DNA of 64,000 bases, from contig DF236952.1 of assembly GCA_000708835.1 (NCBI GenBank), positions 459,623 to 523,622 on the forward strand, written 5' to 3'. This DNA comes from Klebsormidium nitens. Its lineage: Eukaryota; Plantae; Klebsormidiophyceae. The notes beneath the pieces are model-generated. The model saw only the letters and a program-made list of their open reading frames with translations. It did no database searches and was not told the DNA's origin. Positions 1 through 13,576 of this stretch are shown in pieces (positions within the stretch are counted from its first letter, which is position 1; each line of letters begins with the position of its first letter). A program made the translations under genes and the position numbers.

Positions 1-222
1 CCTTTTTCATTGGAAATATCAAACACATCAGCACCAGCTTCAGTTTCACAACAAGAAGATTGGCAGAGCAAGCTACGTCTACGTCTTTCGCTGTGCCTTT
101 GCGTAATTCTCCTCATCCGCTGCATCCGGAAACTCAAAAACTTTCGCTCATCAGACACAAGTCCCCCGTTTTCTAACACGGCCGTCTTGCGCAATGCAGT
201 TCCCGCCTAACTTGAGGCGCAG

Positions 223-623
223 ATGTCCGTTCTCCGCTATCGTAACAAGGTACGACCTCTCAAACTGACTTTCCAAACCAGATTGTCGATTTGTTGCCCC
301 GGAAAAGAAATCCTGAACAATCCTCAAGGGTTAGCAACTTCGGAGTTTCCAGACGATTACATGTGCTTGAAATGCTGATGCGGGTGTCAATCTCAGCTTT
401 GTGAAGCCCCGACTTTATCTACGTGCTGACGAACGGAAATGTCAACGCCCTCTCTATATAGCTGAATTTCTCCGTAAGGTCAAGGGTTCCCAAAGCCCTT
501 CATCCGAGAGATTCTGCAGTTTGAACCTTTTGCTTTTAACAATCAACAAGACAGAGAGGATCCTTTTCTGCACAGGTGTTGGAGGACTGGGCGGCCTTAA
601 CAAAGGCGTTGAACAGTTTCTAG
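223..623 (+). CDS. Probable last two exons (223-249, 576-623) of a gene starting upstream of the window; encodes ...MSVLRYRNKVLEDWAALTKALNSF*; product unidentified
   Basis: Acceptor gcgcag|ATG with CCTAAC branch-like motif, donor AAG|gtacga, acceptor ttttctgcacag|GTG, in-frame join ending in TAG. No family recognised. Confidence 0.4.
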
Positions 624-3600
624 GAACTTTTAGTCCTAACTGAGCACGAGCCCGTCTTCTGGTACGTTTCATGGCTCTGTAACTCAACTGCATGAGATCT
701 GCTTTGCGTTTAATTGGCAATCAGTAAGTCTGCTAGTTCCAGCTATCTCAGATGATAAGGAAAGATGGGACGAGTCGGAGTCTAGGGCGACGTGCAGCTA
801 CAAACGAATGTTTATGTCTGGTCAAAGTCAAACGGTCAAAAGGTGTTGGAGCGTCCGTCTGCGAGATTGCGCTACGCCTCTAAGCGAAACTCATGGTGGC
901 TTTTGTTGTTCTTGAATTGTCATGTCCCGAACACTTTTTCTGCGTCTATGTTTCAAAATCTTTTTGGGGTTTGCATCAAAGCTCCTGGTTGGGGCAAACT
1001 GTTAAACGAAATGGAACGAGAAAGTTTTTGCGTTTGAGCTTCAAGGCCGATAAATTTTTCTGGAAGGACGTCTCCAACCTCATTGGAACGGGGATTTGAA
1101 GCCCTCAGACTCGAAGCTTGTCAGGCCGAAAATCCTGTATGTTGTAAATTTTCGAGTCGAAAACTCTCAAAGGAGCTGAGAGACAGAAAGACAGGCTGTG
1201 ATCAATATGATTCGCTTCAATGTACTGATAAGTCCCAGCTCTATGCACGCTTTGGTGACACGCTGATTTGATATGTAGGGCGTCTTGCATAGTGCTCGAG
1301 TCGTCGAGCTCATTACGTACTTGAAGCGAGAGTCCTGGAAGCTTCCTTGCTTAGCTGGAGCTTCAAGGCACCTGCAGTAACCAATCACAATGCACGTATG
1401 ATCATGATCATGACACGCAAGTGTACTCGTGGATCGGATGTATCTAGCCATTCACAAGCATGCATCATCGATCGTTATCGTCTCATGTAACCTGAAGTCT
1501 CGAAGCACCTATGCTCTTGTCAAAGTCTAGAGACGCATCCAACATGTGCAGACCTGATGCCTGCCACCGTCCGGCGAAAACTGGTTGCCTCTAGTTGCAT
1601 TAGCTAGGCAGTGTTTGGTGTCCTGGTCGGTTGCTTGGGAAGGCTGCACAGTTCTTCTGCCAGCATCGTACATTTATATATGCAGAGACCATGATCTGCC
1701 GGACAAGCTCGCAACAGGCCAGGCAACAAGCTTCGGTGAGGGCATGGTGCCAGAAGCTTACAGCAGTCACAGGCAGGCGCCCGAACAGGGGCCTGATCCA
1801 CTGGCTGTGATGGGCCAGTGCAGTACTGCGGCCTGCCGGTACGATGTCAGAATGTCACACATTCCGGTCGGAAGTCGAGGCGCCGGAAAGCCTGACAACT
1901 CATCCGACCACACATCCGGTGAGAGGCCCCGGTGTGAACCCTGACGACGTGGAGCGACACGGAAGCCTGCCGCTCTGCTCCTCTGTCGCTGAATTTCTCG
2001 GTCACAAGCGACTGCTGGAAGTGACCGGTTGATGACGTTGCATCTTCGGACGGCCTTAATTTCAAACCGACCGTACCAACCGTCCGAACGAACTTTCGAG
2101 ACTCGGGTTGGACATCAGGTTCCGTTTTATCAACCGGGCAGCTTTTGAGTTTTTCCGGGGTTGCAGATCGCGGTTTACTTGGTACCTAGCGGCTAGCCAC
2201 CTGGTGACGGTCAGTCACAGGCAGGGGAGTCGGGACTAACCCTCAAAAGTACAGCTCAGGTTGGGAGTGCCCGATCATATTGCTTGTTGGCGGTTCCGGG
2301 TTGAAAAAGCTCCCATGCACTAAAATGTACGCGTAAGCTTTTATCCTGCGTCCGCATCCGTTTCCGACGGGAATTTCGGCTGCATTGTCCGTTTTGCCCT
2401 AAAAACGCATGCATAATGCACTTTTGAACGCAGCCGAGGCTCTGGATACCTACATCAAAGACTACAGTCTTCCTTCCTTTTGGAATTTCTGCAGGAACCA
2501 GGATTCAGGAATCAGGAGCATTTGATCTTTGAGAAACTCTGCATTTTGGTGGCTGCCCGTTTCCTGGCACCTTCGTGGAACGGACCCGTGGAAGTTGAAG
2601 TTGGAACCGGAGGAAGGTTTGCGTGACAAATCCAACGCAGTCAATTATAAGACTCCATGCCAATGGCTTCACTAGTTGCGCCTTCATCCCCATAAGACTT
2701 CAACTTTCAGGCAGCAGAATCTCCAAAGCCGATGGGAGGTCCAGCTGGAACAAACCCCTCGGTGGTAAGGTGCGCAGACGTCTGCTGTGCAGTTAGCAAA
2801 ATGATTCATAAGTCTCTCTTTGGTCACATCAAGCTTCACGGAAAGCTTTGGAACCTTCTAGTCTGAAGTGTGTTGCAATCGCTTTTCTAGAAGGCCTCGA
2901 ATGAGAAGGGGCAGGAAGTCTTTTGGTGGTTGCACTTGCAATAAACGTAGAGATGTGGCATCCTAATGAACGCTGGCGAGAAAGGGGTCAACTTTGTGCT
3001 CATCTACAAGTCGGCAGCGTCAAGAGCATTCAAAGTGTTGCACATGCTACATTTGTTTGCAAGTTCAAGTGGCCATGGCAGGTTTACCATAATAAAAAGC
3101 CATCCGTGTTGCTAATGAACGTCCGCAGGGGTCTGTTGACATTTGAAAAGCATTCTGTCTAGGCTTGAGATGGGCAACAACTTAGCAGCAAACGCTCTGT
3201 TGCACTATTTAGCTTCCAGCAGGTTGTGGGATCAGTAAGTAATGTGACCCCCAGCGAGAGATATTGTTTTTGTATTTTCAGCAAGGGACTGAGATCTCTA
3301 CCCGAACATCGTTTTTAGGCAACCACTTTCTTCCATCCTGTAGCATCAAAGTGACACCCCAATGTCAGACGGAGTTGCTTCTGTGGAAGGCCTGTTCGCC
3401 AAGTTTGGTACTCTAGAGCTTGAATCGGATTATGGAATTCAGTACTCAGAAAAATCTCGCTGAATTTCAGCATTTGTGACCAACTAAAATCTCTGCCGCT
3501 CTCTCAAGTTATGCTTCTTCATCACTGCAGTATTCGAGAAGGGAAACAACACCTCTGGTGATGCCCTGACCTACGCCCTGCGCTGAGCTCGCTCCACATC

Positions 3601-4016
3601 TGGCACTAGCAAATCGGGATCGCGCACCTTGGCGGTGTTGTGATGCTGGCATGGTAGCATCAAGAATCGAGGGGAATCGATGGGGAATGGGGATTGAAGC
3701 TAGAATGTTTCCCGCTCTCTTTTCAATGCCTCCTGCGGCTAGGAAAGTGCAACTCCATCCTTCTGCCGCCCCAGCAACTGAGCATTCAATGTAAGCAGAT
3801 TGGAAAGTTCCACACTCAGCTTGAACACTCAGCTTGACATCCCCCAGATTGGGCGCCAAAGTTCGCTAGAGGGTCTGCATACAGGAATTGTTGCTTCCAG
3901 AAAGCCAGTCAACAAAGGAGCAGGATCCAGCAGGCCCCAGCAAAGCAAGCCTATAAACTGTAGTCAATTGAGAAGGGGATAAGCAGGGAAGTGCTCAGAC
4001 CGCTTCAATAGCCGCC

Positions 4017-7000
4017 ATGTCTCCTGACCGTGAGCCCAGCCCCACTAGTGTCATCCCTTCTGCCCGAAAGGACAATGGTCTAAAACGAGACACCAATCTC
4101 ACCGCACTGTCAGCGAAGTCCCTTCCTGCATTTGCCGGGGACTTCATCATCTCCCCCCGGGACGGCCCAGCAAAAGGGGAAGGAGAACTGGCCCCTCAAG
4201 GCCTTGTCAGAGCAGACCTCGCATCCCTGTCCACTCTCGACCGGCGCGCACACCTTGAAACAGGGCCTGCCGAGAATGGGGTTCAGGTTCTTGGGTTAGG
4301 GAAAGCCTGGAATATTGATCTCGATGCGGTGATGTGCATGAATCTGATTGCGTCGGGGGCATTTGGGTCCGTGTACTATGGGCGGTACCGGGAGAAGGAG
4401 GTTGCGGTTAAGATCCTTAACCCACCGTCCGAAGTTTCGGACGCTGTGATGAAGGAGCTGGCGGACAGCTTCCAGAGCGAGGTGGGGGTGTGGCACGGGC
4501 TGAGTCATCCCAACATTGTACAGGTGAGCGCCAGCTTTGATACTTCAGGGTTTTGGAGGACGTGCGACCCGATTCTCAAAAGGGGCAGGTGTTTGCATTT
4601 TGAATACGTCGCTTTAGCTGCTCAAACAAGGGGCCAACAAGCAGGGTTTTGACACAATCAAGTTTTGAGTTAGCTGGTGAGAAGATTTTGACGCGAGGTC
4701 GTAGTCTGACACAGGCTGAGGCACATTGTGCAGGTATGGAGTTATTCAGTTTCCTAGCTTCTATAGCAGTCAGTCAGATGTTGGGCGCCAAAGCTGATGA
4801 AGGGCAGCTAGCCAGATTGTATGGGCTTAGCCTGTTTCAAGCATTTGCGAGCCTGAAGATAGAGCTGGACTTGGTTAGGAGACGCGACCTGAGCGCGGGG
4901 GCCGTAAACGTTTGCTCGAACCATGTTTGAGTTCAGTGAATGAACGATGAATCCGGCTTAATTTCGTTTGGAGGTCGTCCTTTACGGCATGGGATTGGTG
5001 CAAATAGTCACATTTTTGGCTGAATGTTCACACAAACTGACGGTAAGTCTGACTGCAGGATATTGGTGACTGTTGATTATCAATGATCATCGAGAATGTC
5101 TGCTGCACCAAGGCGTACAGGCAACCAATATTGTAACAGGGAGGCACTCCGCGTGTGCTCCGCAACTGTTTGTGATACTCCCCACTTCCAATACTAAGAG
5201 TCTGGACTTCATTGTTGAGATACAAGATTCTTGCAGATTTGTCGTTTCTGAACCCCATAAATTAAGATTTCCAGACTCAATCTTGAGCTTCAACAGTTTG
5301 CATCTTAAACATCTCGTCACCCCTGCAGTTCTACGGCGCCTCCGCCGGCACTGTGAAGACAGCGGTGAAGGGCGTCGAAGGACAGAAGCCGGGCGCGCCT
5401 GTCTGGGCGATCGTGACGGAATATCTTTCGGGGGGGACCATCAAGGACCTGCTCAAGAAGCAGCGGCGACACCCCTGGAAGGTCGTGGTCAGCATCGCGC
5501 GGGGTATCGCGTCAGGGCTCGAGTAGGTTCTTCTTTCACTATGTTTACCCCTGTTCGTCACGTTTTTGCCATTCTGTTTCATATCCTTCGGGAATTCTTC
5601 GTCACGTAAGCGCTCTGCCGTCGGCCTGGGACTTCCTTGAGGGCGTGCTTTGTTGCTGTTTGTTTCCTGTTTTTGAATCAATCTCTCCACGGAACCCCCG
5701 CTCTGAACACCGCGCGCATGTAGGGTTTTTAGTAAGCCTCTCTGCCGCTTCAACCATTGCGCAAAGATTGCCCTTGGGAGTCCCTTGTACTTGAGTAGTA
5801 CGCCACCTGAAGTGCACGAAATGCGAAAAAGCGGTATGTCACGGGACTCCGAGAAGGAGCCTACTGAAAGTCTGCGGGAAGCAGTGCAATGGCACTAGCA
5901 ACCTTCTTTCCATGGTTTGCAAACCCAGTCCATCATCACTTCAAGCTTCGCAATCTCCTAGCTTGTGACAGAAGCCCAGACCTTGTGCCACTGACACGTG
6001 TCGTCCTCTGATACGCAGGTACCTCCACAGTCAAGGGATCGTACATCGGGACATCAAAAGCGACAACCTGCTCTTGGACTCGCACAAAAACGTCAAGATC
6101 GCGGACTTTGGCGTGGCGCGCATCGAGGCGGCGAACCCTGTGGACATGACCAGCGAAACCGGGACCGTCCGGTGGATGGCGCCCGAGGTACGTACTGTTC
6201 CGCGTTTCGGTCCACTGTGGCTCTTTCAGGTTCCGCAAGTGTGTTGGTTGATGCCAGAAAAGGTGTTCGGACCTTGCCTGCCAGCCAAATTGGAAGCTTC
6301 AAATTAGGACGGCCGTCCGAGACTCGAACGATCATTGGCTTTTGATTGCCGTGCACAGGGTCATATCTTTGAGGCCTATAGCCAGCGCTTCTAGCTGCAT
6401 TCAGGCACTCGCGACTTGACTGGAAACTTTAACTAGCTCAAATGTTGTGCTGATCAGACAGCTGTCGCGTCTTCAGAGCTTTGACCCCTAGCCATGCGCG
6501 CCTCCTTCCGACGGCTTGGATTCGTTCTTCTGCGCTGCAACTCGCAGCGAATGCTGGCCAAATCAACTAGTTATCGTCGGAGTGTTGAGTAGCGGCCGTG
6601 CCCGAGAGTTTTGACCGCAATCTCACAGCGTCACGCATGACGTCGTCATCGCATGAACTGATTCCATGTGGAACTTGCAGATCATCGACCACCAGCCGTA
6701 TACGAAGAAAGTGGACGTGTACTCGTTTGGGATCGTGCTGTGGGAGCTGTGCACGGGGGATCACCCTTTCCGCGAGCTCACCATGCTGCAGCTAGCCTAC
6801 CAGGTCGTCAACAAGGTGGGCACATAACATGCACACTTTCTGTGCTGGAGTGGGGCATCACAGACTTTTAGTAGGGATGACAGTTTCGTGTTGCGATCGT
6901 ACTGTTGGGTATCCAAATTCGTTCTCTGGGAATCTAGGGACCAGAATTATTTCAAGGCGCCTCTGCTGAGGGTGCTGTCTTGTCTCCGGTTGAAGAGCGG

Positions 7001-7368
7001 CAACTCGAGCCCATGTGCGACTGATTCAATCTGCTTCTTGGATTCATCAGAGCCCCCCACATCTCGTTCTCAGGGCCTCGTCCACAGGCGGGGTAAAGTT
7101 GAAAACCGCATTCACGCAGACTCGAGCCCTGACTAGCAAGTCTCCACGTTTCTGTCCACAGGGCCTCCGCCCGCGCATCCCCGAGTACGTCCCAAAAGAG
7201 CTGGGCGCGCTTATGCGGCGCTGCTGGGACCAGGAGGCGTCGAGGCGCCCGGATTTCGCGGACGTCATCAAAGAACTAGACCGGATTGACCGGGGGCTGG
7301 GGGAGGAGAAGGATACCCGGGCCCCGCTGCAGAAGCTGTTCGGGGCCTGCTTCGGGGGGGGCAAGTGA
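4017..7368 (+). CDS. Raf-like (group C MAPKKK/STY) protein kinase, MRK1/CBC-like. Exons ~4017-4523, 5329-5522, 6019-6187, 6681-6815, 7162-7368
   Basis: GCCGCCATG start. Spliced motifs [81 protein letters not shown]. All introns GT-AG and in frame. Confidence 0.95.
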
Positions 7369-9135
7369 AACCGTGTTGAATACGGGGGTTGGAGGGAGGG
7401 AAGGGATGGAGGACCGGCTGACTTATGGACACGTCGTCAAGAGGAAGGGTTTCAGAAGAGGAGCGTTTGAGGGGAAGAGGATGGACGTTTGAGTTGCGGA
7501 TCCGCATATGGGCGGCGGTCTATTGTGCCTCCGCTTCGGTCGACTGGGTGTTAGCGGCCGTCGAAAGTGCGCCTCAACGAGGGACGAACGAATGGGTTTG
7601 AGGCGAAGGTGATGGCGTCAAGCTGACGTGGCTGCAAGCGGTGGCCAAGCGGCACGTGGGGCATCCTAGAAAGGGAGGGGGCCGCGAAAAACTGCATTAC
7701 ATTATTGCAACCTCCTAAGGGTCTGCAAAAACGTGTTGATGATTAAGGAAAGGAAAGGTCCGCAGGACCTCTTTACGCGTTAAGTAAGGGTGTAAATAGT
7801 TGGGGGCTAGCCAGAAGCATATCTATTTATGGTGACTTGTGCGGTGTAGTTCATCATGTTGCAGTTGCGGGGAAGCCGCAGATGCAGTCTTCTCGGATAA
7901 TCTGAAGAACCTGTTGCCGTGGCTCCCGACTTCATTCTTTTGCGACTCTGCAAACAGCCCGAGGTTTTGAGAATCGATCTCGCTAGCCATCCGGAAATAT
8001 TATACATGGTCCTCAACAAAGACATCAGACATGCACCAGAAAAGTTCGGCTGTTCGTCGGAGTACGGTACTGCGGGCAAAACCAAACGACTTCCAAAAGA
8101 CATCGACATAGGATAGGTATATGTCACCGGGCAGGCTTTCTAATGTAGCAGTATGGTATATCAATATTAGATTGGGTACCGGCCTCCATCGTCGCCATTC
8201 AGGCCAATAAACGATGTTTGGACACTTTTGAATGGCGAGCCGGGGACCTTGCAACAGACGCGGTTAATTGTGCTTGAACATGTATTGCAGCGCAGCTTTG
8301 GAGAGCAGGCTTTCATTTATTGCATTGCATGTGGCCGCGCATCGGACCGTCGGACATGGAGTCAACTCAACAGAGTTGGCTGCATGGATTTCATAAGTGG
8401 GAGCTGCGGAATATAGCAAGGTCTTGAGCTTTCGCCAAATGTATAAGAACTAGTTCCGATGATGTATAAGATCCTACAGCATTTTCTTGAAGGTTGTGCC
8501 AATACGTATGGGGATGGGGGCATGCTTTAGATATATGATGATGATTCTTACGAGCTTCATAGACAAGCTTCTCATCGGTGTGATTGACTTATCAATTAGA
8601 GGCTTATAGGTAGTTGACTTAATCGGGCCGAGTTAATTCAGATAACCCTTCCCCTTGCACTCTTGCCATGCCTTCTCGTGCCTGCACACGCGGTCAATGA
8701 TGAGTCGATTGTAAACCAGGAAAGCGGTAGCTACCGCTTCTGCCACTGTATAGAACCACTGAACGCTTTGTCTCGTCTCATACGGTATGTGCGCCTCGTC
8801 GCTATCCAGTCATATTGCCAACTGTGCTGATCGAACTCTGCCTTTCTCTGCTTCAATCTGGCAGCATTTGCCTGGCCCTGTTTCTTCGCGCAGGGATCCC
8901 TCTGGTGAGAGTTACGCCACGTGTCGATCACGAAAGTTGCCAGGTCAGTAAACCAATGGCACACGTCCCTCGTGAGCAGTACTGCTCTGGATTGTGCCGC
9001 TGAGGCATAAGAACAGATGCAACAGCAGTGGACAAGATACCGTAGGTCCTAGATCAGCCCGCTTGTTTTCCTTGCAAAAGCAGGGGATTCCAAGCGACTC
9101 AGGTGTGCTGCAGGGAGCCATTTCCCGTGGTTAAG

Positions 9136-12100
9136 ATGCACAGCATGGCTTCATCTCGGAGCGCCCAATCCTCGGCAATGCTTACACAAGAACTGCGTCA
9201 GGCCGTTTACCAGTCTGGTGGGGACCCGCTTCCGCGATGGGACGTGTTCAACACAATAGCAAGAAGAGCACCTGTTTGTGCTGCATGCAGGCGCAGGGAC
9301 TCATTTGCGGTCTTGGCTACACAGAAGAGACACCAGAATCTTGCTTCTTGTTCCCCTCTTCCAAAGGGCCCAGATCCACGTTTTCCCTCAGTCAGAGCTT
9401 CCACCAGCAATGCGGAGGCAATAACGCCTGCTAGCAAACCTGTTTTGAGGAGAGCCAGGTTGCGGCCACCAAAGAGCACAGCTGTCGACCGGGGGGCAAC
9501 CACAGGTGCACCTGGGTCTGTCGAAATTAGGGTTTCCAGGGGGGTCGAAGACGGGACTGGATATGATAGCGATGTGGAGGTGGGGGATGCGCAGCTGCCG
9601 GCCGAGCAGCCGTGGGGGGGGGTGCATCCAGCCGTCCAGTTTGTGGCGGAGTTTCTGAGGGTGGAGCTGCCAAAATTCTTTGCGGAGGAGGGGCTCTCGA
9701 CTGCGGTCTATGCAAAGGACGTGAGTAATGTGCTGTACGCATCAACAGCCGTTGGGCGTAGCTGCAGCTTGCTTAAGTCAGGACACCTTTCAGCAATGTC
9801 TTTTGCTGAATGGTTTTGCTAGTATATGAGCGTATTTGAGGATATCGTCTTTAATCAAGATTTAGTTCTGCTAGCTGAATGTCGGAAGTTGGCATAGGGA
9901 GCAATGCGAGCTTCTGTGGCCTCGAGTCGTTTGATGCTCCTGCGTTGTACTGTTGAGCATTGTGGATTTTCAAAGACTCTGCCAGATTCTGCTGAACCCT
10001 TGCTGATAGGGGCTTTGGCAGGGGCTCCATAAGATGAATTGCTACGCTAGCGGCACCAGTGGTTCTACCGTGACGTGCTCTTGGTTGCCAGCATGTAGGC
10101 CACACATGCTGCAGTCTGCAAGTGGGACCCTTCTGGAGGCAGTTAAGAGTGCCTAAGTGCAAAACCAGAGCCCCTCACCCTTCATTCTGTAGTCCCTGGA
10201 CTGTCTTTCTCCAGTTACCCCCAATTAGCTCCTCCTCCAGTTTCCTTCGATATGCCTCACTACAGCTACACTGCTTTAATCTCAGGCAATTTGCAGCTAA
10301 CGCACTCAACTCCGTTTCTCAAAAGCAGCTCTATTTCTGCCTTGACTTGAATGGCCTCAAGGCTTAGAGTGTGGGCCTCGCCTGCTCTTTGAATCGAACA
10401 CCCCTTCCTTGCCAGGTGCATTTCAGAGACCCCTTGATCAGCATCCGGGGAGTCCGCCTCTTTGAGCTAAACGTCTTCTTCCTGCGCCTATTGTTTGCTG
10501 GGGGCCAGTTTATCCTCCACGATATCGCTGCGGCAGGCAGAGATGAGGTGGTGGCGCGGTGGACGTTTGCGCTACCAGCGAGGTTTCTGCCTTGGTGAGG
10601 GCTTCAAACATTTCGTCTGGACTCATCCAAATGGAAAAGAAATCTTCGTCGCCCAGAGCATTCTTGAGGGCTTTCGCTTGTGGAGCAGTTTGAGGTTGCT
10701 GCTGATTGACGGGTTTTCTTACGGTGAGGGATCTGACGCTTCGGGATAGAGATTGGTCTTGAGGGGTCTTCCCAAGGAGGGCGTAATGATTGGAACTCGA
10801 AGAGAGTGATACAAGTGGTATGCCGCTTCTGGAAACATCTACCGCAATTTCAAGTGACAAAATCCTCTCATGTGTGGACTGGTTCGACGACATGCCCTTG
10901 ATGAAGGGCAGTTTTTGAAGCGGGCATGGGCGTTTGTACTGTAACATCGATGCCATCCCGTTCAGAAAGTGCAGCCTCTTCTCTAAAGTCGGCTGCAGCC
11001 TTCTGGCTCGACGCACCGAAAGTCAACACTCGACCAAATTTAACCGAACGCAATGAAAGATGACAGCTGGCAGTAGTGCTACAAACGCCTCAGGAGGCAG
11101 CCGCCTCCGAAGACGGCCTTTCAATGTCACGAGCTTTGATTGCCCGCAGATTGATCCCCCTTGCCAATCCTGGTTTGCATTCTTATGTGTTCTTACTTTT
11201 TCTTCGTCGCCAGGCGGCCAGTGGTGTTCTTCACAGGCGTGTCAAAGTTCGGAGTCGATCTTCAGCAAGCGAAGCTGACGAGCCACTACGACTACTGGGA
11301 TAACCTGGGAGGCAAGCAAGTACGTAGCAACGTTCACGCTTTGGTTATCCACGGTCGTTTCAAAGCTCTTCTCGCTCCTTTTTCTGTTTCTTCCTTGAAG
11401 AAAAGATTGTCTTAGGATTCTGACGTAGTAAACAAACCGTGTGCGCTGGGATCCTCAAATTTTCGCGGGAATCGTGCACAAGGCCACACATATAATTGCA
11501 GACAATCTAGTCTAATCTTCTCGCCATTCCGCCATCAAACGAGCGATTGGCCTCCCGTTTGCAGAACGAGCCCCCGTCTTTCGCCGCCATCGCAAGCATC
11601 GCCTCTCAGATCCAACCGCTGACCGCCTTCAACCGACCGCTGGACCGGCCTTATTTGTTGCTGAGACGGGCCCGGGATTACGACGTTAGGTGAGGGGGAC
11701 TTGTCTCAGATTGCCGGTTCCCTTTCCTTCATCAACAGGGCTAATGGAAGCTGGGCGTTTGTAGTTCGAGGTTTGACTTCGTGCAAGAGGTCCTTTGATA
11801 GTACTTTGCTGGTACTTTGATGGTATTTTGATGGTACTTTGATGGTACTTTGACGGTACTTTGACGGTACTTTGATGGTCGTAAAAAGTACCTTTCTGAT
11901 GGTACTTTGAGGGTACTTTGATGGTATTTTGGTGGTCGTATAAATTACCTTTTGGTACTCTTCACGACCATCAAACAAGTTGTTCGGGCTGAGCTGAGTT
12001 GTTCTCGGCTTCTTTTTTGTCTTCAGGCAGTACGAGATAGCGGACAACTCGGAGTGTGCCCGGACAATCGCTGTCCGTAGGGGCAACGCGGACCTGATAC

Positions 12101-13576
12101 GGGCGCTCGAGGACGATAGGATACGGTACGTGCCTTCATAAGCGACGTCCGCCAGGCTTCCTTACCTTTCTGGTATTATTGCTTTCGTAACTTGTCACCT
12201 TTCAGCGGAAGCGTGGTGTCCGTGGCCGATAACGCGATATTTTTGGATTGCGGGTAAATCCTGAAGCACTAAACGGTGGTTAACGCACGAAAGTCATGGA
12301 TACGTAGTCAGTTTGAGCACCGAATGTTTTGCTTCCTCCAGGCGTTTCTCGGAGTTGGGCTGTGCTTTTACGGCTAACCCCGCCGATTTCACATCTCCTT
12401 CAACAGTGTGTCACACCTTGGTTGAGGTGGCGGGGCATCTTTAGCAGACCGGGACTTCGTTCTCACCCTCAGTTTTTCTAAACCTGCGCCGCGTGACCCG
12501 AGCTGAATTGCATGAGCCAATTCCGAAACGTAACCCAGTACGCAGAACGTGTGCTGTTCTGATAGGGTGCATCCATTTCCAGAAATCCTGGACTTGTCCA
12601 TGAGCTGGATGCAGCACACGTTTCTGTCGCGACACGCTTTGCGAATTGGACCAAATGTAACGTTCGGGTCAAGTCAGTCTTGGTCAGGCGGCCGGGTTAT
12701 ACCGAACCCTAGTAAGAGGGTGTCTGGGAAGCTAGTCCGTAGGCGACCACGTAGCGGAGGCTCCGTTTTGATTGTCGCTCACATTGGCACGTGCTTGCAA
12801 ACGGCGGCGACAGTCATTGATCCGTTTCGTCGCTCCAAAAGCTGCGTGTCGCCAGGGACGCACGTGGGAAGATGCTCTCTTTCAGAACCGAAAAATTCGT
12901 TGGACCTTAACACCTGGTTTCAGAAGGATCTCCTGTGATTCCCCCATGGTAACCAGTCCTCAGTTTGAAATTTAATTTGAAAACCAGTGGCGGCCTGGGA
13001 TTCTTTCGCAAGGATATTGTATCGAACCTGGACTTTCAGTTTGACCGCTTGTTCACTGCTGCGTGATCCGTCAAACCTGGCGGCAGAATGTGCGATGTGC
13101 GATAATTGCAAAGGGTGATCTAACGGCTCAGACGTAGTTCTGCCACCAGCTTGAATTGAAATGGGGTCAACTTGGCGGTTATTCTTGACAGAATGCTGTG
13201 TATCCTAGGAATCACCGATTAGGGTTGTAAACTCTGTCAGTCTTCACAGGGCGCCTTGGCTTCAAACCGGAGGGGAACCGGGGACGAACCGGGGCGTTCC
13301 GCTCCGGAAAAGTGGCGGACGAACCGGAGCTGGCCCCGGTTCGAGGCCGGTTTGCTAAGAACAGGAGCTGGTTCTTGCAGTCCGGAGCCGTTTGGCATGA
13401 ACCGGTTGTGACAAGCTCAAGTAATGCCTGCTTTCTTTGGTTGCAGGGTTGAACGGACAGAATGCTCTGTCCGAATGGTGCGGACAAGCTGGCCGCATAA
13501 GGAATTGCGAGAGGTCTACGTTCCCGTGGCTTACGTTCCAGTCGTCGAGGAAATTGACAAAGGTGCGAACACGTGA
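9136..13576 (+). CDS. DUF2358 (NTF2-like) plus divergent SOUL haem-binding-like protein, probably plastid-targeted. Exons include ~9136-9720, 10416-10594, 11214-11319, 11565-11689, 12028-12125; later exons and the 13447-13576 terminal exon are uncertain
   Basis: Ser/Arg-rich N-terminus. DUF2358-like VHFRDPL...VVARWTFALPARFLPW|RPVVFFTGVSKFGVD...SHYDYWD. Then PYLLLRRARDYDVR|QYE, resembling the SOUL start motif (Y..L.R...YEVR.Y). Architecture recalls plant DUF2358-SOUL proteins. Confidence 0.7.
11789..11975. repeat. Intronic 11-bp minisatellite (GGTACTTTGAT, ~11 copies) with an internal 22-bp imperfect inverted repeat
   Basis: Read directly: ggtactttgat/ggtattttgat/ggtactttgac units. 11871-11892 tttgatggtcgtaaaaagtacc matches the reverse complement of 11954-11975 at 20/22. 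Confidence 0.9.

Noticed and set aside
1585-2065. GC-rich stretch with overlapping ORFs
   Set aside because: No recognisable domain and no consistent splice structure.
3800-3982. ORF just upstream of the kinase ATG (possible uORF)
   Set aside because: Begins at TTG rather than ATG, with no evidence of translation.
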